A stretch of 64,000 nucleotides of DNA, taken from a virus. A program made the translations under genes and the position numbers. The stretch spans positions 23,472-87,471 of the IMG/VR virus record IMGVR_UViG_3300032223_002658. One strand, given 5' to 3'. The notes under the pieces are model-generated. The model searched no databases and was not told where the DNA came from. It saw only the letters and a program-made list of their open reading frames with translations. Below, in pieces: positions 58,486-64,000 of the stretch (positions within the stretch are counted from its first letter, which is position 1; every line of letters begins with the position of its first letter).

Positions 58486-59816
58486 CTACGAAATGTCATT
58501 AAGCACCGAAATCATCTTATTACACACTTCATCAAACTCCTTAAAGCTAGCGGCAGGATTATACAGCCTATAACCATAGGCATTTGAAAGCTTGAAAGCA
58601 ATATACTGATCTGTGAGCCTAATCTTCCATAGAGAAGCCCTGAGAATGTTTGGAGAGTTCCAAACGCGACCGCTGAAATTTTGATCCTGAGTAACTGAGT
58701 CAACAACAAAGATATCACATCCGACACTTGCGCTTCTGCCAAAGAACTTCACATAAGTTGTTAGTTCCTTCATTTCATTGGTCTTGATCCGCTTTGTGTT
58801 CATAAAGCCATCAACTGATGCGATGGTACGGTTATTGAACATAATTCTTTGGAATGGCATGATTACCTTTCAGTAAATCCGATTGAATCAAGTCCGATCT
58901 CAACAATAGGTTCAAAATCCTTTGCGTCACCACCGCTTTCAATTACGCTCTGGTACTGCTCGTAAGGAATAACACAGATGGAACAACCAGCAATGTCCGT
59001 GAAAGTTTCACCATCATTAAGAACAACAATAGTCACGTGATCCTTCATTTTAATCTCCAAATTCCTTGTCAAATTCCTCAATCGCGGTTTCAGCCTTCTT
59101 GTAAACCCAGTTCTTCAGCGGTCTGTAGGCAGTAAGTCCAGTATCGGATTCTTCATTTATCTTTCTTTGGAACTCAGTTGCCTCACTAGCCAGATTAAAA
59201 CAAAACGTATCAGAAACATTTCCGTCATCATCTTCAAGAAGCACAGTCCATATTCTCATCCGAATCCTTTCTCAGGAAGAAACAACATCGTCAATGTACC
59301 AGTTGTAACCAACTGTATTTTCAAGTCTTTTCAAATCGATTGTCAGGCACTCAATCTCCTCATCAGCCAAAACACCATTGACATCTTTGACCTCTGGAAA
59401 ATCAAAAACAACAATAATCTTCATAGCCACTCATCTCCTTCCATCTTGAGGCTGTACTTTGCGTTCTGACTCAGAACATCGTAGACGTATTCGCAGAAAT
59501 CGAATGTGCTTACGAACTTCTTGACTCTATCAATCTCTTTCTTCTCAACGAGATTGAAACCAATTCCCCAAGAAGTCTTCATGCCAGTGATGGTCTTTCT
59601 TGTGTAGTCGGTAAGTCTTATTTCCTTGATGTCCCATACAGATGAAACGAAATCCATGTGATTGTCGTCATCTTCTTCGTCTTCGTTCAGAAACTCAATT
59701 CCTGCAACGATCCTGATGTCGTACAGAGCGTCATCTCCAGGAATAGACATGTCATTGAAAACCATTTCTTTTTCGATCATTTTTCTCTCGTTGTTAGTGT
59801 TTGATGTAAGACACAT
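58486..59816 (-). CDS. cluster of small hypothetical genes (58486-58860, 58863-59081, 59050-59259, 59421-59816)
   Basis: Short acidic ORFs, several with GGA/GGAG Shine-Dalgarno sequences. Confidence 0.55.
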
Positions 59817-60597
59817 TCTTTATTGACTTGTCCCAACAGCTTCTACAGTCACCACAAGACTTCTGACCAATCTTCTTTGAAACAGGGCAGATCTTGTTTT
59901 CATCCGTGTCTTGCATCACAAACTTAATGACAGAGGATGTGTTTTCAAATCTCACAGGAGCGGTCTTTCCAACCATGTGGGCAGACACTCTGATGCAAAG
60001 ATTTTCTGGGATTTCAAAATCGACGGCATCAATTATCGCGTATTCTCTTGTTGGCAACCAGTGTTGAGTATTATTTGTATTTTCACAAATCGTGCAGATG
60101 TTCTTAAGGTGTTCAATGGATTGCAGATCACCGCTGTCATGCCATCTGAAGAAATCATCTGCCCTGCGATTGATTGAAAAGATCATTGCAGGGACCCAAA
60201 GAGGATTGAACAAAGACTCAAACCTTCTTGCGTTTGCGGACTTTACGTTCTTCCAAGCATAGTTTGAATGATGATTTCCTTGCTTCACCCATTCCCAGTC
60301 ATCTGCTGCGTAACAAGAAAAGCAGACAGAACCAAATGTATTCTTGAGTTTTGATCCAGTCTTGCACTTGCTTGATGGAAGCCCATAGCCCCATCCGGGC
60401 ATTTTAGATGGCGCTGAGAATCCACCATGTACAGCATCAGCCTCCTTCAGATTCTTGAACAGAGACAGATGGCTCTGCAAGTTCCCGTCCTTCGGATTGT
60501 ACACTTCGATCATTCTGTTGTTCAATACGGGCAATTGCGTGTTCATTGAAAACCTTGTCAACTGGCTTGTTGGTGAAAAGAGCTTCGCAAAGATCAA
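59794..60597 (-). CDS. Gp88-like Cys-containing phage protein
   Basis: SKMP, CKTG..VCFSCYA, FRWHDSGD, HWLPT, CGDCRSCW. Confidence 0.8.
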   Translation of the reverse strand: MIFAKLFSPTSQLTRFSMNTQLPVLNNRMIEVYNPKDGNLQSHLSLFKNLKEADAVHGGFSAPSKMPGWGYGLPSSKCKTGSKLKNTFGSVCFSCYAADDWEWVKQGNHHSNYAWKNVKSANARRFESLFNPLWVPAMIFSINRRADDFFRWHDSGDLQSIEHLKNICTICENTNNTQHWLPTREYAIIDAVDFEIPENLCIRVSAHMVGKTAPVRFENTSSVIKFVMQDTDENKICPVSKKIGQKSCGDCRSCWDKSIKNVSYIKH

Positions 60598-60733
60598 TCA
60601 TGAACTTGTGATGGTCAATCAATCTGCACCTTCCTTATGAGTTCTTTCTGTACTGTCTGAGTCGCTGAGCTTTTTAAGTAGGTTTTCATACTTATCAAAG
60701 ATCTTCTTCATTGACTCCTTCACATTTTCGTTT

Positions 60734-61359
60734 TCAGTATTCTTCTGATCTTCGCTCTTCATGCATTTGCTCCATTCTTGTTTCTGCGTCAATGTCTCTC
60801 TGTCGTTCAACAACAGCAGTAATCAACTCTCTTGCATCATTATTAACGTGGTCAAGACAGGTTTGTTCAAGCAATTCCTGAATGTGTCGCGGAAACTCAT
60901 ACATCTCAGATGAAATGTAATCATCTGTCTTTGGATCGTAATGAGCAACGTTGACAACAAACACTTCAGTCGCCATGTAATTGTCGAATTCGTATTTGAT
61001 TTTTTCGATTTGAAACTGTATATATACGGGATTCTCAATACCAAATTGCTTAGCCAGAAGAGGACCACACTTATTGATTACTAGTTCATGAGTCTTCAAA
61101 TTCCAAGATCCCTGTAATAGTTGTGCTCTTGTTCCTCAAGAATTTCTCGCGCATCACGCTCTTCTTCTGTTTCTACAATTTCTTCTAGAAGAACGTGAAT
61201 CATCTCAATTCGCTCTTCAATGATGTCGTAAGTTTCGCTATCAATCTTCTCCAGCAAAGTCCTCTTGATTGCGCCCAAGTAATTTGAGATTGAGAGAGCC
61301 TTAATCCTGTCCGTCTTGTTCTTTTCCATTGCGGGTGTTCCAATTCTTGAGGATATCAC
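60734..61359 (-). CDS. two hypothetical genes (60734-61099, 61096-61359)
   Basis: Coupled ORFs. Confidence 0.55.
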
Positions 61360-61774
61360 TAGAAGAGTTCATCTTCCAGCCACCACCAACACCAAACTCA
61401 AAAGAGATGTTGTCGTCTTCAACGCTCATTTCTGGGATGTTTTCTTTTGTGCGATCACCGCCATTTGCAAAAACAATGTGTGCCCAAGGGAACATTTCAC
61501 GGACAATGCGGATGGCATCATTTGAACTTCCGTCATCATCATTAAATCCGTAAAGAGTGTGGTCAACGCATCTGAGAGCAGAGACAATCGTCTTTCGCTC
61601 ATGAAGATCCATGAATGGAGCGCCCTTCTTACGAGACAGCCATTCGTCTGAATTAACTCCAACGACGAGCAAACTGCCAAGCTTTTTGGCTTCTCTAAAG
61701 TAGGCAATATGCCCACTGTGAATCGGATCAAATCCACCAGTGACAAGAACTACTCGTGTGCTCAAATCTCTCAT
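61301..61774 (-). CDS. cytidylyltransferase family protein (TagD/RfaE-like)
   Basis: TGGFDPIHSGH, VGVNSD, RKKG, ANGGDR, NSSS. Confidence 0.9.
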   Translation of the reverse strand: MRDLSTRVVLVTGGFDPIHSGHIAYFREAKKLGSLLVVGVNSDEWLSRKKGAPFMDLHERKTIVSALRCVDHTLYGFNDDDGSSNDAIRIVREMFPWAHIVFANGGDRTKENIPEMSVEDDNISFEFGVGGGWKMNSSSDILKNWNTRNGKEQDGQD

Positions 61775-63882
61775 TGCTTTTTATTTTCTGTCAAAAAGGT
61801 CTCGTTGTATCCGTGCATGTAAGCCTCAATCTCGCTCCTTTCAACAAGAGCAACACGCCCTTGCGGATAAAGACCAAGTGGATACTTGTGTGGATCTGCT
61901 GTTCTTCCATACCAAGCATCAGCACACCCCCTATCATAGGGAGAACCATGCCAGTTTGGGTAATTCTTTTCCATTTGAATCTCCTCAATCATCATCTGGA
62001 TCTTCGTAGTAATCGTCGTATCTGTCCGTTTCATCAATGTCTGGACCATATGTATGGTCCCACCAAGCCTGTCTTGCCTCCTCTTGGTGTTCCAGACTCA
62101 AATGCTCTTCACCAGTCTTTTCATTTCTAATAGGCTCATCAGAGTCACAAAGAAAGTCCTCTTCCATAGCAGAGATTGCCTGAGCCAAAGACTTCTCATG
62201 CGACATATGTGCAGGAAGTTCATGGGCAAGGGAATTTCCGTTTTGGCAAAGCGAGAAAAAGCCATCAACTGTCGAATCTTCAACCATTTCTTCAAACTGC
62301 GACCAAAAAGACTTGATTTCGCTATCAGCAACTTCGACCATCATGATGATTCTCATTTGTCGTCTTCTCCAAGTTCAAACTTCGGTGGTACTGCTTTCGT
62401 TACTTTACAAACAACTTCCGTATAAGTTTGAGATTGTCTTTTTATTTGATCTTCAAGTTCCATTATGTGCCAAGACATATGAAGAATGTGATCTTCGATT
62501 GCCTCTTCGCGCCATTCGCGTTCAATGCGGTCGGCAGCGTCTAACATGGAACTCTGCAATTTATTAGAAAGCGACGATTCTCTCCGAGCTTCTATGATTT
62601 CATCAATGATCTTGGGTCTTCCTTCGCCTCTAAGAATGTTATGATAGGCAGCAAGATATTTGTCGTTGGTTACGTTGTCTCTCACTTGCCGTTCTCATTG
62701 TTGAAATCCCATCCACGAGAAATTGCCTCTCTGGTAGCAGAATCAATTGATCCATTACCAGAAAGCTCACAAACTTCCCAACGTGCTTCATCTCTTTCCT
62801 TTTTCAAAGTTTCAATCTCTGAACAAAGTCTTGATATGTACTGTTCTGCAACATCAACATCTCTTCTGAGAAAGTCCGCAGTGTTTTCTTCCTGCTTCCA
62901 GAAACTCCTGAGACGCTCAATCGTATCAGCAGCGATCTTGTTTCTTTCGCAGTAGTGACAATGACAATCATTGCCACACGCAGAGTCACGCAGCTGATCA
63001 ACAATGTCCTTATTAATCATCCCATTGCTCCAAAACGATCTTTGCGAGTTCCGTACAAAGCACGGATCACCAGAGCAGCCTTTGCACGATCATTTAGCCC
63101 TGCAAGCAGACGCCTCTGAATGAAGTCATGCTGAGTCTCTGTCATGTTTCCCTCAGCAACCATCATTTCTACAAGTTCAGACAAAGCACGACATTGACTT
63201 GTGTAAAGAGTCGCGTAAATGGACATTTGATTGTCTGTCTGTTCAAAGAGACTGTCCACAGTAATTTCTCCTCTGATTGAGTCATTAGGAGTTTTATTCA
63301 CGGGTGTAATCGCCAGTTTCGCATCAAAGTATAGGCTTCTGATGCGGTCGTACAACCAAGCAAAAACGCCAATTCTGAGCAAGAAACGAGGCTTCTTAAG
63401 AGAGTTATTACAAACAACCCTCTTATAGGTAATGGGATATACAGAGACATCAGGCATGGGGATCATTCCGTCTGTGTATTGAGGAGTTTGAGCACAGGTA
63501 AAAACATTCACAGAACACCTCTTTTGTTTTTGGTGGTTTTTTCTTGTTTTATGTGTCTGTATGTGGTTGCTGTGCTGACTGGATGGTTGTTTTTCTTGTT
63601 TTATGTGGTTTTATTTGTACTCAACGAAAGTACGAATCTGACTCACTTTGTGTCTTCCGTTAAGTCAATTCCATCTGAAAAGATCTTTTCCCATCCCTTT
63701 GGTGAAATACCAGAGATCAGAAACTCTCTTTGCTCAGCTGTCAAGTATGGGAATGCTTCTTGTGCAAGCACTTCTCTGTTCTGCCACTTCTCATAGTCAG
63801 AAAAGTACACAGGGACATCGAAAGGCTCACGAGTAATCACGCATCGCTGCCTGATCACAATCTTTTCCGGCTCAGACATCAA
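61771..63882 (-). CDS. run of small hypothetical genes (61771-62049, 61985-62356, 62353-62685, 62682-63020, 63017-63511, 63643-63882)
   Basis: ATGA/GTGA coupling; HGSPYDRG..DAWYGR and QEAFPYL..REFLISG are recurrent phage motifs. Confidence 0.6.
63534..63607. repeat. imperfect direct repeat in a strand-skewed intergenic tract
   Basis: TTTTTCTTGTTTTATGTG occurs twice about 52 nt apart. Confidence 0.6.
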
Positions 63883-64000
63883 AGGCCTCCTTCAGCGCCT
63901 TCTGGATGAACTTACACAGTCCAATCCACATGGTCATTCCAAACATTGATACTAGTGCAGTAAAACCTCCTTGCCAAGCCCCCCAGTAGCAAAGTCCACA

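Noticed and set aside
1-64000. Stop-codon reassignment suggested by the UUA-loop RNA
   Set aside because: Conserved genes are full length in code 11 and end in TAA, TAG and TGA

Overview
A 64-kb segment of a large, AT-rich tailed dsDNA phage genome in standard code 11, with most genes on the minus strand. Host clues (GACC Cys-repeats, a PEP-CTERM protein) suggest Planctomycetota/PVC, which is inference. It encodes a bacterial-type replisome: DnaE split without an intein into two genes about 10.4 kb apart, a DnaQ-like exonuclease, DnaG, DnaB, SSB, RecA and a Cas4/RecB-like nuclease. Nucleotide metabolism genes include class II RNR, dUTPase, ThyX, dNMP kinase, a deaminase and an apparently inactive DeoC-like protein. 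There are five GT-B glycosyltransferases, a GREB1/TAGT-like glycosyltransferase, methyl- and sulfotransferases, a sigma-70 factor, UvdE, a TrmH-like enzyme, rIIA/rIIB and a tail fibre/adhesin cassette. RNA genes are three clear tRNAs, an atypical tRNA-Ile(UAU) and a tRNA-like RNA. The most unusual signal is a dispersed regulon marked by a GTGTATW motif 14-27 nt before start codons. It heads about ten unrelated Cys-rich or membrane-active proteins that share a short N-terminal amphipathic leader (MSIEK-type, also present as a leader-only 22-aa minigene), plus a small structured RNA. I infer a capsid-targeted cargo/effector system. All calls were made by eye; no database searches were run.
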